From assembly GCA_964384235.1 (NCBI GenBank), contig CAYLJX010000001.1, forward strand, positions 305,709 to 369,708: a stretch of DNA of 64,000 nucleotides, written 5' to 3'. A program made the position numbers and the translations under genes. This DNA comes from an uncultured Bdellovibrionales bacterium (GTDB lineage: Bacteria; Patescibacteriota; Minisyncoccia; Moranbacterales; UBA1568). This document shows, piece by piece, positions 8,681-19,856 of the stretch. The notes under the pieces are model-generated. The model did not search any database. It was not told the DNA's origin and saw only the letters and a program-made list of their open reading frames with translations. Each line of letters starts with the position of its first letter. The first letter of the stretch is position 1.

Positions 8681-9421
8681 ATGTCCTATCCAGAGATTTC
8701 CGTCGTCGTCCCCTGCTACAAGGAAGCCGAAGTCATCGAAACAAACCTCCAAACGCTCGATACCTACCTCAAGGGACACTTCGAGCGCTATGAGGTCATC
8801 GTCGTCATCGATGGCAGCCCCGATCAGACCAAGGTGAACGTGGAGCGTTTCGGGAATACGTATCCCGAGATTCCTCTCGTACTGCTTCCTTTCGCCAAAA
8901 ACCAAGGGAAAGGTGCCGCCGTCAAGGCTGGTGTCCTCGCTTCCCGGTACGATCCGGTCCTTTTCATCGACGCCGATCTCACCATCCCGATTGAGGAGTT
9001 AGAGAAATTTCTCGCGGCGCTTCAGTCCGCCGACATGGCCATCGCCTCACGCCTCGTCTCGGGCTCCCATTTCGAGGAACCCATTCCCTGGCACCGCACC
9101 GTCATGGCGAGAAGCTTCCACCTCCTCCAGATCCTCCTTCTTGGCAATTTCGAGTTTTCCGACACCCAGTGCGGCTTCAAACTCTTCCGTCGTGATATCG
9201 CGCTACAACTTTTCCGGAAACTCACCATCGAGCGCTTCGCCTTCGACGCGGAACTCCTCTACCTCGCGAGCAAACTCAACCTGAGTGTCGCCGTCCTCCC
9301 CGTCACCGTCAAGAAAGACTCCCGCAACACCAACGTCAAGTTCCTCCGCGACTCGATCAACATGCTCTTCTCCCTCTTCCGCATCCGTCTCAACGACTGG
9401 ACGGGAAGATACAGATCTTGA
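8681..9421 (+). CDS. Glycosyltransferase family 2 (dolichyl-phosphate beta-glucosyltransferase-like)
   Basis: NQGKGAAV, FIDADL, DTQCGFKLF, FAFDAELL motifs. Confidence 0.9.
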   Translation: MSYPEISVVVPCYKEAEVIETNLQTLDTYLKGHFERYEVIVVIDGSPDQTKVNVERFGNTYPEIPLVLLPFAKNQGKGAAVKAGVLASRYDPVLFIDADLTIPIEELEKFLAALQSADMAIASRLVSGSHFEEPIPWHRTVMARSFHLLQILLLGNFEFSDTQCGFKLFRRDIALQLFRKLTIERFAFDAELLYLASKLNLSVAVLPVTVKKDSRNTNVKFLRDSINMLFSLFRIRLNDWTGRYRS

Positions 9422-9434
9422 CTTTACAGACTTG

Positions 9435-10124
9435 ATGGACCTTTCGACTTTACAGACTTCTATGTGGATAGTTATCCCCGCGTACAATGAGGAGAAAGTG
9501 ATCCAGGATGTCATCCGCGAAATCCAAGCGGCCGGCTACCGACAGATCATCGTCGTGGATGACGGAAGCTGCGACCATACCTACGAGCGCGCCAAGGAAA
9601 TGCCCGGAGTAGTGACACTCAAGCACCTCATCAACCGCGGCAAAGGCGCCGCCGTGAAGACCGGAGTGGAAGCCGCCAAGTTTCTGGGTGCGGACAAGGT
9701 GGTCACGATGGACGGCGACGGCCAGCACAATCCCAAAGACATCGTCCCTATGCTCGACAAGATCCAGGAGGGATACGACGTCGTCCTCGGCAGTCGGCTC
9801 ATCGATTGTCAAAACATGCCGAAGTACAAGATCGTCCACAACCGCATCGGAAACCTCCTCGTCTGGATGCTCTACGGCCTCTTCGTGACCGACAGTCAGT
9901 CCGGCTTCCGTGCCTACTCCCACAAGGCGCTTCATACCATCGATACCAGGACCGACCGGTACGAATACGACAGCGAGGTCGTCCGCGAGATCCATCGCCA
10001 CAAGCTCAAGTTCATCGAGATCCCCATCGAGGTCCGCTACACCGAATACTCCATGAGCAAGCAGCACAAGATGAACCTCAAGAACGGTTTCAAGACTTTG
10101 GTCAAAATGTTGATCTCAAGTTAG
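9435..10124 (+). CDS. Glycosyltransferase family 2 (DPM synthase-like)
   Basis: IVIPAYNEE, VDDGS, DGDGQH, DSQSGFRA. Start is 9435 or 9462. Confidence 0.9.
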   Translation: MDLSTLQTSMWIVIPAYNEEKVIQDVIREIQAAGYRQIIVVDDGSCDHTYERAKEMPGVVTLKHLINRGKGAAVKTGVEAAKFLGADKVVTMDGDGQHNPKDIVPMLDKIQEGYDVVLGSRLIDCQNMPKYKIVHNRIGNLLVWMLYGLFVTDSQSGFRAYSHKALHTIDTRTDRYEYDSEVVREIHRHKLKFIEIPIEVRYTEYSMSKQHKMNLKNGFKTLVKMLISS

Positions 10125-10134
10125 TCAAAAACCT

Positions 10135-10488
10135 ATGAATCTTTCCTTCTCCATTTTTCAGATTGCTCTCGCCGTCATCGCGCTCTATTTCATGACAGCC
10201 GGAACCGCCAAATTCCTCAAACAGGAAAAGAGCCAGACACTCTTCAAATTTCTCGTGACTATAGCCGTCTGGGGCAGCATCTTCGTCTTTTCCATCGTCC
10301 CGAGCGCCAGCCATTCGCTCTCCCGGTCTTTAGGTCTCGGCGACAACCTCAACACTCTCATCTTCATTGGTTTCGTCATTCTCTTCATGATCGTCTTCAA
10401 ACTCCTCTCCGTCATCGAGCGTCTAGAACGGAACATTTCCGAGATCGTCAGAAAAAAAGCCTTAGAAGAATTGGAAAAAGAAAACTAG
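10135..10488 (+). CDS. DUF2304-like small membrane protein
   Basis: Three hydrophobic segments, C-terminal IERLERNISEIVRKKAL, and the typical position after a DPM-like GT2. Confidence 0.75.
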   Translation: MNLSFSIFQIALAVIALYFMTAGTAKFLKQEKSQTLFKFLVTIAVWGSIFVFSIVPSASHSLSRSLGLGDNLNTLIFIGFVILFMIVFKLLSVIERLERNISEIVRKKALEELEKEN

Positions 10489-10496
10489 CACCTTTT

Positions 10497-11549
10497 ATGG
10501 ATTCCACTCCCAAAGTCGCCGTCCTCATCCTCGGCTACAACCACAAGAAAACACTGGGAGACGCGCTCGACGCAGCGCTTGTTCAGACCTACCCGAATTA
10601 CACGCTCACCTATATCGACAACGCTTCCTCCGACGGTTCGGCGGAGATGGTCAAGCATGACTACCATACCGTCATCCTGATCCGAAACGAAGAAAACCTC
10701 GGCTACGCCGGCGGATACGATACCGCTGTCCAGCAGGCTTTTTCGGAGGGGTATGATATCGCCGTTCTCCTCAATCCCGACACGATCGCTGACAAGGAAT
10801 GGCTCTCCGAACTCGTCCGATCCGCCTCTGCTGCATCGGATATCGCGCTCGTGCAGTCCAAAGTTCTCATATGGGATAACGGTCCGACCGACCGGATCAA
10901 CACCTTCGGCAACGCGATCAATTTCCTCGGCTTCGGCTACTGCGGACACTACAAGAAAACGGACGGGGAAGCTTTCACGAAAGACCAAGATGTCACGTAT
11001 GCGAGCGGCTCGACTCTTCTCATCAAGAAAGAATACTACGGGGATACTATCACTTTCGATACTGATTACTTCGCCTACCTCGAGGACCAGGACTTCGGCT
11101 GGCAGGCCCGTCTTCAGGGATTACGAATCGTCGCCTCCGCTCGCTCCAAAGTCTGGCATCAATACGATTTCAAGAAGAAACACTTAAGCGGCTTCAAGTT
11201 CTATCTCCTGGAGCGGAACCGCCTCACCTTTCTTCTCAAATTCTTCAGCCTGAAGTTTCTCATCCTCATTTTCCCCGCCTTCATCATCATGGAACTCGGC
11301 GTACTCACGGATTCCATCTTTCACAGATACTTCCTCACCAAGCTCAAGAGTTATCGTGATTTCCTAATGGTGCTCCCTCAGACCCTGAAAAAACGAAAAC
11401 TCATCCAACGGGACAGAAAGAGAACCGACCGTGAACTCTTCCGCTTTTTAAGTCCCACGATCGAGTTCCAGGAAGTAGATTCCCCTTTCCTTCGTCTCGC
11501 CAATATCTTCCTGGAAGGATATTATTCCCTTGTGAAACATCTTCTCTAA
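10497..11549 (+). CDS. Glycosyltransferase family 2
   Basis: IDNASSDGS, NLGYAGG, LLNPDT, YLEDQD, ERNRL motifs. Confidence 0.9.
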   Translation: MDSTPKVAVLILGYNHKKTLGDALDAALVQTYPNYTLTYIDNASSDGSAEMVKHDYHTVILIRNEENLGYAGGYDTAVQQAFSEGYDIAVLLNPDTIADKEWLSELVRSASAASDIALVQSKVLIWDNGPTDRINTFGNAINFLGFGYCGHYKKTDGEAFTKDQDVTYASGSTLLIKKEYYGDTITFDTDYFAYLEDQDFGWQARLQGLRIVASARSKVWHQYDFKKKHLSGFKFYLLERNRLTFLLKFFSLKFLILIFPAFIIMELGVLTDSIFHRYFLTKLKSYRDFLMVLPQTLKKRKLIQRDRKRTDRELFRFLSPTIEFQEVDSPFLRLANIFLEGYYSLVKHLL

Positions 11550-11566
11550 ACGAAACGTCACATTCT

Positions 11567-11941
11567 ATGTCTGCTGTCATTCTTTGGATCATCCTCTTCT
11601 GCATTGCGACCGTCATCTCGATCACTCTGACCGGGTCACGCTCCCTGATCAGCGGGGATCTCACGTTTCAAAAGATCATCGGCATGATCTTTGATTGGCG
11701 ATTCATCGTGGGGGCAAGCTTCGCTTTCCTGGCCCGTCTGTTCTTTATTCTCGTCAACAACGCCCTCCTGAAAATCCCCCATCTCGCGGAGAGTTCGACG
11801 ACCATCACGATGTTCATCACGTCCATCGCCCTCATCTTCGTGATCATCGCCAACTATTATTTCCTCGGGGAACGACTCAATCTCACCCAAGGCATCGGCG
11901 CCTTCATTATCATTATCGGCATCCTCGTCATCACACGCTAA
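11567..11941 (+). CDS. Small multi-TM EamA/SMR-like membrane protein (possible flippase subunit)
   Basis: Four TM segments with FLGERLNLTQGIGAFIIIIG. Confidence 0.65.
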   Translation: MSAVILWIILFCIATVISITLTGSRSLISGDLTFQKIIGMIFDWRFIVGASFAFLARLFFILVNNALLKIPHLAESSTTITMFITSIALIFVIIANYYFLGERLNLTQGIGAFIIIIGILVITR

Positions 11942-11958
11942 GACAACCGGCCCCGATT

Positions 11959-12945
11959 TTACCCTTTGGAATATATCCTAAAAAACATCGGGACCAACCG
12001 AAGCCGATACATCAGGATGAAACCATACACCGCGACCCGGTTCCGCAGAGTCTCGCCCACCGGACGAAACAGGCTTATATTTTCGTTCTGAGCGAACTTC
12101 GGGAAATGATTTTTCAGCCAAGCGAATATTTTCTGGAATTCCGCGACCATCATCCGGCGATCGGAATGTCTCCCGATAAACAAGAGATACCAGACGACAT
12201 ATCTGATGAAGTAAAACTCGATCTCGCTCCTGCCAGTGACACGGAGATCGTTTAGCCTGTCATAACAGGAATCCAGCAGAAACATGACGTTTATCCCGCT
12301 TTTGATGGTCTTTTGACTGGTATTGGAAACCGAGGCGGTATTGTAGAACCAATTATATCCGCAATAATCAACGAAGGAGATCCGATCGGTCAGATTGATA
12401 GCCTGCAGATTGAAGTAGACATCCTCCCCGATATTATTGTCGAGAAACAATATACCGTGCCTGAGTAGGAATTCCCGTCGGTATATCTTGGCCCAGGGTG
12501 CCATCACCATGTATCTCGACCACGAGACATCCTGCAACCGCATCTCATATATCGTTTTTTCCCCGTCCGTGCGGCGATATCCCCCGATCACCATGTCGGC
12601 GCCGCTCCTTTCCGCTTCCGTCACGAACCGCTCCAGATAATCGCTCTCCACGTAATCGTCATGATCGATGAATATGACATATTTCGAATCGGCATACCCT
12701 AATCCCTTATTCCTGGTCCTTGCTACGCCTTGGTTCTCCTGATCAAAGATTTGTATCTTGTCAGGATACTTCTTCTTGTATGCTTCCAGTATCGTCATCG
12801 ATCCATCCGATGATCCGTCATTGATCAGAATGATCTGATACTCCCGGTATGTATTGACAAGGATGCTTTCCAGGCACTTCGAAATCGTTTTCTCGGAATT
12901 AAAAACCGGGATAATGATGGAAATCATTGTTTTCATAGGATTCAT
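11959..12945 (-). CDS. Glycosyltransferase family 2
   Basis: SIIIPVFNSE, INDGSSD, FIDHDD, GED motifs. Confidence 0.9.
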   Translation of the reverse strand: MNPMKTMISIIIPVFNSEKTISKCLESILVNTYREYQIILINDGSSDGSMTILEAYKKKYPDKIQIFDQENQGVARTRNKGLGYADSKYVIFIDHDDYVESDYLERFVTEAERSGADMVIGGYRRTDGEKTIYEMRLQDVSWSRYMVMAPWAKIYRREFLLRHGILFLDNNIGEDVYFNLQAINLTDRISFVDYCGYNWFYNTASVSNTSQKTIKSGINVMFLLDSCYDRLNDLRVTGRSEIEFYFIRYVVWYLLFIGRHSDRRMMVAEFQKIFAWLKNHFPKFAQNENISLFRPVGETLRNRVAVYGFILMYRLRLVPMFFRIYSKG

Positions 12946-12972
12946 CCGTCAGACAAGAATCGTTCCCAACCC

Positions 12973-14346
12973 TCAGAAGTAGCTCGATATGTCCTTATAG
13001 TAGTATTCCACGATCTTGCGGAACACGAAGAAGAACGAAATCAGCAGAAAGATAAAGAGTGCTGCCGGAATATTGTTTCTGATCCATTCGCTTTTGAACC
13101 GAAATTTCGACTTATATATCGAAAAGATAATAAGCGGCGCTATGGCAAGAAGGTACCTCCCTTGGACACCGCTCACGCGATCGTTCCCAACCTGTGTCCA
13201 AACAAGATACAACGAAAGGAACACCAATATGAACTGGGCGAGGAATGTACCCAGGAGTACCAGCCTCTGCCTCGAATCAAGAAGAACTGTTTCCTCCTTG
13301 CTTCGCAAGATAAGAACCATACCGACAGCCATAAATATATACCATAAGTCAGGCAGAGCAGTTTTCAACCATCCGGGTTTCAGAAAAAATGTCTCAAAAT
13401 AGAAGAAAAAACCTTTATACAAGGAATGAAAGACTGCGTAAAGGAAATGCAAAGGATCTTTAAGGACGCCCATGGCCTGTGCGTTCGGATCTATCCCTTT
13501 CGGGAACGCTCCCGGCTCACTGAATACGAATCGGAGCAGAAGAAAGAATAATATGTTGGCCGTAATGAAACCTGTCGCATACATCCAATATTTTTTGTTG
13601 CCCTGGAATTTTGACTTCTTCAAAAGCAACACGAGAAAACTGAGCAGGAGATATCCTGATTTTACATTGAGCGCCAAAAGCGAAAGTCCGAGAAGTGTCC
13701 AACCCTGTTTCACTGTCAGTCGGTCAGGATCACTTGCCAGTTTGAGGATATACGCCGTAAAAAGAAGAATGAAGCTGATATGTAGCGCATCATAGCTCAC
13801 CGATGACAACTGCTGTACCACCGACGGCAGGAGGCCAATCATTACGAAAATGATTTTCCCGAACGGCGCGATACGGATAGCGAAATAAATACCCGTAACA
13901 GCGGCAAGAAAAACCAAAAGACGTCCGAGATAAAACGAAACAAGCGGAGGAGCATTCGTCATGAGTCCCAGCTTCAATCCGATAGCCTGCAAGAGGTGTC
14001 CGGCCGGATGAGCTCCGCATATGGCGGTCGGAACTGACACTCCCACCGAACTTGCCGGAACAGTGAGCGCTTCAAAGAGTTTTGATCCACTCACTTTTTT
14101 ATCATCTTCCCCCTTTATTTTCACAAGCTTGGTATCATCAGGAAGAGATACATAGTTTTCAGGAACTATGCCGGGTTCCCCGCTACAGCGGATCTGTCCC
14201 GAAGCGATAGCCAGAGATTTGAAGTAATGCGCTGGTTCATCCGGTACTTGGAACGGCGGATTCAGAAAAAGCATTATCAGGCCAAAGACGAGCGCGGGAT
14301 ACAGATACACCGTTTCCAGATTCAAGGATTTCAATCGTTCAAACAT
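12973..14346 (-). CDS. DUF2142-like polytopic membrane protein (GT-C-like)
   Basis: PPFQVPDEPAH, SYDA, GVQGRY motifs and many TM helices. Confidence 0.8.
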   Translation of the reverse strand: MFERLKSLNLETVYLYPALVFGLIMLFLNPPFQVPDEPAHYFKSLAIASGQIRCSGEPGIVPENYVSLPDDTKLVKIKGEDDKKVSGSKLFEALTVPASSVGVSVPTAICGAHPAGHLLQAIGLKLGLMTNAPPLVSFYLGRLLVFLAAVTGIYFAIRIAPFGKIIFVMIGLLPSVVQQLSSVSYDALHISFILLFTAYILKLASDPDRLTVKQGWTLLGLSLLALNVKSGYLLLSFLVLLLKKSKFQGNKKYWMYATGFITANILFFLLLRFVFSEPGAFPKGIDPNAQAMGVLKDPLHFLYAVFHSLYKGFFFYFETFFLKPGWLKTALPDLWYIFMAVGMVLILRSKEETVLLDSRQRLVLLGTFLAQFILVFLSLYLVWTQVGNDRVSGVQGRYLLAIAPLIIFSIYKSKFRFKSEWIRNNIPAALFIFLLISFFFVFRKIVEYYYKDISSYF

Positions 14347-14375
14347 ATAGCATTCATCAGTTTACCTATCACAAA

Positions 14376-14909
14376 CTATTCTTTCACCGGTTCGAGTTCA
14401 TAATATACTTCCTGAGCCGGAACGATCCAGCAGAAGAACCGCTCGTATACCAATGGTGCGAGATTCACGAGAAAGGTCAGCGGCTTATTCTCGAACGAAT
14501 ACCGGCTGGTCTTGGTGATATAGAAGAAGAGTTTCTTCCTGCGTATCCGGAAACGGACCGGGGTATAGAAGGACATCTCGTTATTCTCCGTATAATAGTC
14601 CATCGTGAAGTACCCGAAAAACCGCTTATGCGTCGGATCGGTATAGGCCCCGAAATTGGTGAAGTGCGGAACAAAAATTTTTATCACTCCACCCTTCTTG
14701 GTGATGCGGTAGAGTTCAGCCATGAGAGTATTCAAGTCCTCCATATGCTCGAGGACATGTGCCGTAAACACCTCATCGAAGGCATTATCCTCGAACGGCA
14801 ATCGTTTCGTGATATCGGCGACGACATCCACCCCCTCGAGCGGACACCCGTCCAAATTAACATATCCCTTCCGGATATCTTTCCCGCATCCCAGATTCAA
14901 TCGTTTCAT
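14376..14909 (-). CDS. Class I SAM-dependent methyltransferase
   Basis: LNLGCG, HVLEH, DPTH motifs. Confidence 0.85.
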   Translation of the reverse strand: MKRLNLGCGKDIRKGYVNLDGCPLEGVDVVADITKRLPFEDNAFDEVFTAHVLEHMEDLNTLMAELYRITKKGGVIKIFVPHFTNFGAYTDPTHKRFFGYFTMDYYTENNEMSFYTPVRFRIRRKKLFFYITKTSRYSFENKPLTFLVNLAPLVYERFFCWIVPAQEVYYELEPVKE

Positions 14910-14988
14910 ACTTTACCGAAAAAGAGAATGTTATTTATCTTCATTGTACCACACGGAATCTCGTTCCTACTCCATCCAACCATCTCAC

Positions 14989-16134
14989 CTATTTAGGCTT
15001 TTCATGATCACGCAAAACCCATTCCATTGCCATTACCGATCTTTCCCACGACCATTCCTTGGCTGTCTGATATCCATTCTCAACAAGCCTCTCTCGAAGA
15101 GTTTTATCGTTCATCAATTTTAAGATAGATTCTCTCGCTCCCTTGGTATCTCTTGAGTCGACTACCAGCGCATTGACACCACCCCGGATATATTCGTCAT
15201 AACCTGTCACTTTCGCGACGACGACGGCGCAACCGCAAGCCATCGCCTCCATCGGCGGACCGAAGAACCCTTCGACACGGCTCATCTTGAGAAAGATGTC
15301 ACAGGAAGAATATATCTTTTTCATCTCATCGATAGGCACGTTCTGAAAAAACCGGTCATACCGCCAACCCGGCTTCGGTTTGCCTTGATTGCTGACGATC
15401 CAGAGTTCCGCGTCAAGATCTTTTACCGCAGCATATGCATCTTCCATTCCTTTGAAGGGAACATCGATTGATCCTTCGATAAGCACTCGCAATTTGTTTC
15501 CCTTCGGTTCCAACGGTTCAGTCTTATGAAACATCACTGGGTCAAGCCCATTGGGGACATAATACGACTCGTGCCCAAACTCCTCTTTGAGCCATTGTTG
15601 GATCCACTTTGCCTCAGTAACATACTCCAAGGGCAATCGATATGTCTCCCTTATTTTTTTACAGAGATCTGGATCTTTTTGGAAAAAACGACTTTCATCA
15701 GATTGAACGAAGTAAACCTTCCTTCGTGCCTTCGCCAAAGTAACTGAAAAGGCAGTGCTGTAGCTCGTCGCAAACAGTATATCCGTATCTCCGTTCTGCA
15801 AGATTTTTCGAGTCTGCACATAAGGAACTACTTTTACTCTTTGATTCGGAAACCAATCGCTATCATTAGTGGCATTCAAAGAGAGAAGTTCGACATCATA
15901 ACCTTTCTGATACAACCTGTTCGCATGCTGAAAAATCACAGCAATCCCTCCGGAAATACCGGTTCCCGGGATAAGAAAACGTATTTTCGTTCCCCATGAC
16001 TGCGCCCCGCCATCTGTGGTAGCAAAAATATTTTTTTGCCTACACCAGCGTTTATACTCTCCATCAAAAAAGAACCGCGTCCCGATCGTCGCGTCATTCA
16101 GATAAAGATAAACCTTCTTCAAAAATCCCTTCAT
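14989..16134 (-). CDS. Glycosyltransferase family 4
   Basis: SGGIAVI, YFVQSDE, EGFFGPPMEAMACG motifs. Confidence 0.88.
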   Translation of the reverse strand: MKGFLKKVYLYLNDATIGTRFFFDGEYKRWCRQKNIFATTDGGAQSWGTKIRFLIPGTGISGGIAVIFQHANRLYQKGYDVELLSLNATNDSDWFPNQRVKVVPYVQTRKILQNGDTDILFATSYSTAFSVTLAKARRKVYFVQSDESRFFQKDPDLCKKIRETYRLPLEYVTEAKWIQQWLKEEFGHESYYVPNGLDPVMFHKTEPLEPKGNKLRVLIEGSIDVPFKGMEDAYAAVKDLDAELWIVSNQGKPKPGWRYDRFFQNVPIDEMKKIYSSCDIFLKMSRVEGFFGPPMEAMACGCAVVVAKVTGYDEYIRGGVNALVVDSRDTKGARESILKLMNDKTLRERLVENGYQTAKEWSWERSVMAMEWVLRDHEKPK

Positions 16135-16154
16135 GAAAATCCTAACAATCGGAA

Positions 16155-17252
16155 TTAGATGTTTCTCAAACTTCTCTTCAATATCCGGAAAATTCTCACG
16201 ACAAACCTGTACATTTTCTTTCTTATTTTCTTCATTACCGAGTACTGACTAGGATATCTCAAAGAATGATAGACATGATACCGAGAAATCAGACTCATGA
16301 AATCTTTCGGTAAAAATCCTATGGATTGCTCCAAATAACGCGAATTATCATTCAATGACATGAATCGAAAGAGCGTTTCTATTCCGAATGCCTGTACATG
16401 AGAATGGGGCGACGTAAGCGCAAGCCTGCCCAGATAATACGGGATGCTCCGATTATCCTCTGATCCGAAACGAACAACTTCTGGAAAAACTTCCTTCAAA
16501 ACCGCATATTCGCGTATATGCTTCAGATAATTCTCAAGAATAAAGAAGGTTTCGTTGTATTCCGCATTGATAGTCCGTTCATCATCGGTACTCGACAGAT
16601 TCGTATTATCAGACATTCTCCTGTACTGGATCAGCGGAACGGCATTAAATGCTGGTTTTGTCACGAACAATAACCTCACGTGATATTCGTAGTCCTGGGT
16701 CATTCTCAATAATGGATGGAAATATCCTACGGTATCGGCAACACTCTTTCTGAGAAACATTCCTGGAGAAACACAAGCGTTTCCCTCCAAATACATTGTC
16801 CTGAGCAATGCCTTCTGGTCAAACCGTTCCGGTGGAACGTAGCTGTATTTTTGAATGGAACCATATTCGTCAATCTGCTGCAATTGCCCATACAGCACAC
16901 CTATGTCCGTATGCTGCTCCATATATGCGACATCATGCGATAGTTTCTCAGGAAGAAAAACGTCATCACATGACATGAGACAGAGGTATTCTCCATGAGC
17001 ATTCCGCAGGGAATTATTGAGGGTATGCGATACGTGACGATTCTTGTCGTTTTGAAAAACCCTGATCCTTGGATCCTGAGCTTCGTACCGCTTCAATACC
17101 TCCATGCTCCGGTCGGTCGAGCAGTCATCGGTTATAATAAGCTCCCAATTCGGATACGTCTGACGCAAAACAGACTCGATAAAATACGGGATGAATTTCT
17201 CGAAATTGTAGCTTGAGGCCACTATCGAGACCAGTGGTTTTTTTTCACTCAT
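16155..17252 (-). CDS. Glycosyltransferase family 2
   Basis: PLVSI, DDCSTD, CDD, QDYE motifs. Start at MSEKK, coupled to the degT-like stop. Confidence 0.88.
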   Translation of the reverse strand: MSEKKPLVSIVASSYNFEKFIPYFIESVLRQTYPNWELIITDDCSTDRSMEVLKRYEAQDPRIRVFQNDKNRHVSHTLNNSLRNAHGEYLCLMSCDDVFLPEKLSHDVAYMEQHTDIGVLYGQLQQIDEYGSIQKYSYVPPERFDQKALLRTMYLEGNACVSPGMFLRKSVADTVGYFHPLLRMTQDYEYHVRLLFVTKPAFNAVPLIQYRRMSDNTNLSSTDDERTINAEYNETFFILENYLKHIREYAVLKEVFPEVVRFGSEDNRSIPYYLGRLALTSPHSHVQAFGIETLFRFMSLNDNSRYLEQSIGFLPKDFMSLISRYHVYHSLRYPSQYSVMKKIRKKMYRFVVRIFRILKRSLRNI

Positions 17253-18342
17253 ACGCATTGATGACATCCACGACTCTTCGCATCTCCTCTTCAGTGATCA
17301 CGGGAGAAATCGGGAGGCTGAGCACCTCCCGATGGATCTGTTCGGTAACCGGAAAATACAAATCATTCAACTCCGCGTAAGCGCGTTGCTTATGGGGCGG
17401 AACAGGATAATGTATCACCGTTTCAATCCCGTTTTCATCAAGATACTTCTTCAAGACATCTCTTTTCTTGCACCTGATAACAAACAGATGCCAGACATGC
17501 GAACCCTCTTCACTTGCCACATGAGGCAACGCAATAGACTTGTTTTTTATATGTGAGAGATAATAACGGGAAACAGCCCGCCTCTTCTCGTTGTCCTTAT
17601 CGAGCTCGGAAAGCTTCACCGACAAGATAGCAGCCTGAAGCTCATCCAGCCTTGCATTCATTCCCTTATAAAGATTCTCATATTTCACCAATGACCCGTA
17701 ATTTCTCAGACAACGAACTTTTTCAGCGATCATATCATCATCGGTCGTAACCATCCCCCCATCACCAAGTGCCCCGAGATTCTTCCCAGGATAAAACGAA
17801 AACCCGTTACAATCCCCAAATGAACCCACCCTTTTCTGCGCGTATATACTTCCATGAGCCTGAGCGCAATCCTCTATCACTTTTAAGTCATTCTTTCGTG
17901 CTATTTCCATGATAGAAGACATGTCACATGATTGACCATACAGATGAACCGGGATAATAGCCTTCGTTTTCGGCGTGATCGCTCGCTCGATATTTTTCGG
18001 ATCGATAGTATATGTCCTGATATCCGGCTCCACCAAGACAGGCTTTGCACCCGTCGAAGATACCGCAAGAACGCTTGCGATATAAGTATTTGAAGGAACC
18101 AATACCTCGTCACCATCAGATATGCCAACGGCCTTTAAGGAAATGATCAGTGCATCAAGACCATTGGACACGCCCAATGCATGCTTTACTCCGCAATATT
18201 CCGCAAAACGTCTCTCAAACTCCTCCCCCTCTCTCCCTAAAATATACCATCCGGAATCAAGAACTCGTTTCATCGCCGCATCGATTTCTTTTCGATAGCG
18301 ATCGTTTATCTTATGCAAATCAAGAAATTTGACCGTGTCCAT
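17245..18342 (-). CDS. DegT/DnrJ/EryC1/StrS aminotransferase (FdtB/QdtB-like)
   Basis: [33 protein letters not shown] motifs. Confidence 0.93.
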   Translation of the reverse strand: MDTVKFLDLHKINDRYRKEIDAAMKRVLDSGWYILGREGEEFERRFAEYCGVKHALGVSNGLDALIISLKAVGISDGDEVLVPSNTYIASVLAVSSTGAKPVLVEPDIRTYTIDPKNIERAITPKTKAIIPVHLYGQSCDMSSIMEIARKNDLKVIEDCAQAHGSIYAQKRVGSFGDCNGFSFYPGKNLGALGDGGMVTTDDDMIAEKVRCLRNYGSLVKYENLYKGMNARLDELQAAILSVKLSELDKDNEKRRAVSRYYLSHIKNKSIALPHVASEEGSHVWHLFVIRCKKRDVLKKYLDENGIETVIHYPVPPHKQRAYAELNDLYFPVTEQIHREVLSLPISPVITEEEMRRVVDVINAYE

Positions 18343-18371
18343 ACGTGTTCCCGTATCTGATTATTTCTTTA

Positions 18372-19820
18372 TCATTCTTTCGTCTCATGATGCTCGTTCA
18401 GGACGTGCCGCGAAAGCCGGATACCCTTTACCAGCCCATAAGGCATTATAAACCTGACGAAGCGGTAGAGATACTGAAGAGGAAGCGAATAGAAAAAACG
18501 TTTTCCGAATCCATTGAGACCGCTCGCGATTAAAAGCACCATCCGAGCTACTGATCCGAAATACTTCTTATGTCTATTCCTTCGAAAGATACCCCCAAGG
18601 GAAAACGCCTTGTAATACCTTGCCACATCCAGTATTGCATACCGCCCCTCCTCCGAAGCTACTCTTACCAGAGGCACTCTTACAATTTCCTCTATTTCCC
18701 TGATCCGCACATCCCACGTATGGTATTTCCGCACCAGCTCGTTCGAACGCGACACGATCCTCTCTCTCAAGGCATCGTTCTTCAGGAGACGATCACAGAG
18801 TTCGTAGGCCTCTTGTGGCGTATCATAGAAAATATCCTTGGAGAGATCGCCGAGTTCTTCCGCAAGGTCTTTGGAGTAGTTACTCACCAGAACGGCAGAA
18901 GATGCCAAAATATCCATCACCCGCCAACTGTAACCGCTCTTAGCCTGGGCATGATTGATATTCAGCCCTATCTTCGATTCGTTATACATCTGCTGCGTCT
19001 GATCCAGGGAGTATACGCGCTTCGGATTATACGCCGCAAAGATGTCCAAGGAAGAGTCCAGTCCTATGTCAAGCCATCCTTCTCCGCCGTGAATATTCAG
19101 TCCGAGAGGAGCTATGCGGGCAAGCGTACCAGTTCGCATCGCTACGCTTCCAAAATCCAGAATCGTCTGATCGACATCAGGAATGAATGAAAACTGTTCA
19201 GACAATTTTTCAGGGCTCTCTTTCTCTTCAATAAGGGCTTTTACCAAATCGACATACTTTTCTTTGTACCGATGAAGTTTTTCTTTTTCCGCATGATTGA
19301 CAAACGGCGTCCCGATGAAACTTATATTGTGACTCTTCTTCATGTTAGCATCGGCCTCGACCGAAGTCGCCGGTCGTACCAAATGGCACTGTTCACGGGA
19401 GGCCCCGAGTATCTTCTGACAATCTGAAAGATCGCTCGTTTGGGAGCAAAAGAAGATATATCTTCCGACATTCGTTTTGAGGGTATCGATGTCGTTGAAG
19501 TGATGGAAATGATCCGCATCCCAAATGGCGATCGGACACGAAACGATCCTCTCCAATCCCTCAAAAGAGGAGTTATTGAAGGAAATAATAAGGTCCGGTC
19601 GAAACCGCCTCATATCGTCCATCAAAGCCGGCTTGTCTATTCCGGATTTCAAACGGTTCGACCCGCTCCATGGCCTCTTCAGAAAATCGTTTGTAATGAT
19701 TTCCAATACGGTATTCCCGTTTTTGGTCAGGGTCCTGATCAGACCCTCATAAAAGACAAGGGTCCTGTATTTCCCCTCCGTCTTTATTCCGCCGTAATGA
19801 ATGATGATGATTCGAGCCAT
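18372..19820 (-). CDS. Glycosyltransferase (CgeB-like C-terminal domain)
   Basis: YNESKIGLNI...RVMDILAS...HTWDVR pattern. Confidence 0.72.
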   Translation of the reverse strand: MARIIIIHYGGIKTEGKYRTLVFYEGLIRTLTKNGNTVLEIITNDFLKRPWSGSNRLKSGIDKPALMDDMRRFRPDLIISFNNSSFEGLERIVSCPIAIWDADHFHHFNDIDTLKTNVGRYIFFCSQTSDLSDCQKILGASREQCHLVRPATSVEADANMKKSHNISFIGTPFVNHAEKEKLHRYKEKYVDLVKALIEEKESPEKLSEQFSFIPDVDQTILDFGSVAMRTGTLARIAPLGLNIHGGEGWLDIGLDSSLDIFAAYNPKRVYSLDQTQQMYNESKIGLNINHAQAKSGYSWRVMDILASSAVLVSNYSKDLAEELGDLSKDIFYDTPQEAYELCDRLLKNDALRERIVSRSNELVRKYHTWDVRIREIEEIVRVPLVRVASEEGRYAILDVARYYKAFSLGGIFRRNRHKKYFGSVARMVLLIASGLNGFGKRFFYSLPLQYLYRFVRFIMPYGLVKGIRLSRHVLNEHHETKE

Positions 19821-19856
19821 GAGTTTCTGATATCCTAAAAGATCACGAGCTATACT

